DNA of 63,983 nucleotides, counting the filler, from Hydrolagus affinis (lineage: Eukaryota): NCBI GenBank assembly GCA_012026655.1. It is 4 parts of 4 records of this genome, joined end to end, with 100 filler letters (N's around TTAATTAATTAA, not from the genome) between each part and the next. Parts side by side here need not be neighbours in the genome. Positions count along the whole stretch, not along the records: positions 53,790 to 63,983 come from JAAILG010025799.1; 3 more parts are not named here. One strand, 5' to 3'. This document shows, one piece after another, positions 63,813 through 63,983 of this stretch. A program made the position numbers and the translations under genes. Position 1 is the stretch's first letter; each line of letters begins with the position of its first letter. The notes beneath the pieces were generated by a model that was not told the DNA's origin, searched no databases, and worked only from the letters and a program-made list of their open reading frames with translations.

Positions 63813-63983
63813 GTAAGACACACTCTAATTATATAATATTACTGACTGGAGATATTATCCACCCCATCTTTTATTGTTAACTAACCATTATGTTGCATGG
63901 CACATGGATTTGTCGAGTCCTGTAACTGAGGGGTTAGAGGATTAGCCTCACGAGCGTGAGTTTCTGGGTTCGATTCACCAGTC

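Larger units (their letters stand above)
56554..63815 (+). repeat. Segmental duplication, copy 2
   Basis: Colinear with 11328-18600. Confidence 0.9.

Overview
This is vertebrate genomic DNA, most likely from a cartilaginous fish and possibly a chimaera (inferred from the V-gene style and the L2/CR1/Penelope/tRNA-SINE content). It is split by four N gaps (24200-24299, 39652-39751, 53690-53789, 55468-55622). Most of the window is a T-cell receptor alpha/delta-type V-segment array: 14 V exons in five families (called A-E here), each with a 23-bp-spacer RSS, plus two extra leader exons. No D, J or C segments were found. Families A, B and C recur as an A-B-C cassette, and 11.3-18.6 kb is duplicated at 56.6-63.8 kb. 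The central contig (24.3-39.65 kb) carries a disabled 7-SRCR, single-pass CD163/WC1/SCART-like gene, convergent with an inverted V segment that has an extra CDR1 cysteine and a perfect RSS. The next contig (39.75-53.69 kb) holds the last two exons of CIP2A and a convergent IgV-IgC-IgV-TM B7-family gene, most likely HHLA2. The most notable unexplained structure is (i) a tRNA-derived SINE head at a near-fixed distance behind the RSS of every family A and C V, (ii) co-oriented CTCF motifs in the V cassettes, and (iii) an 18-bp minisatellite made of TCR-promoter decamers inside the SRCR gene. All alignments and family comparisons were done by eye or from memory; no database searches were run.
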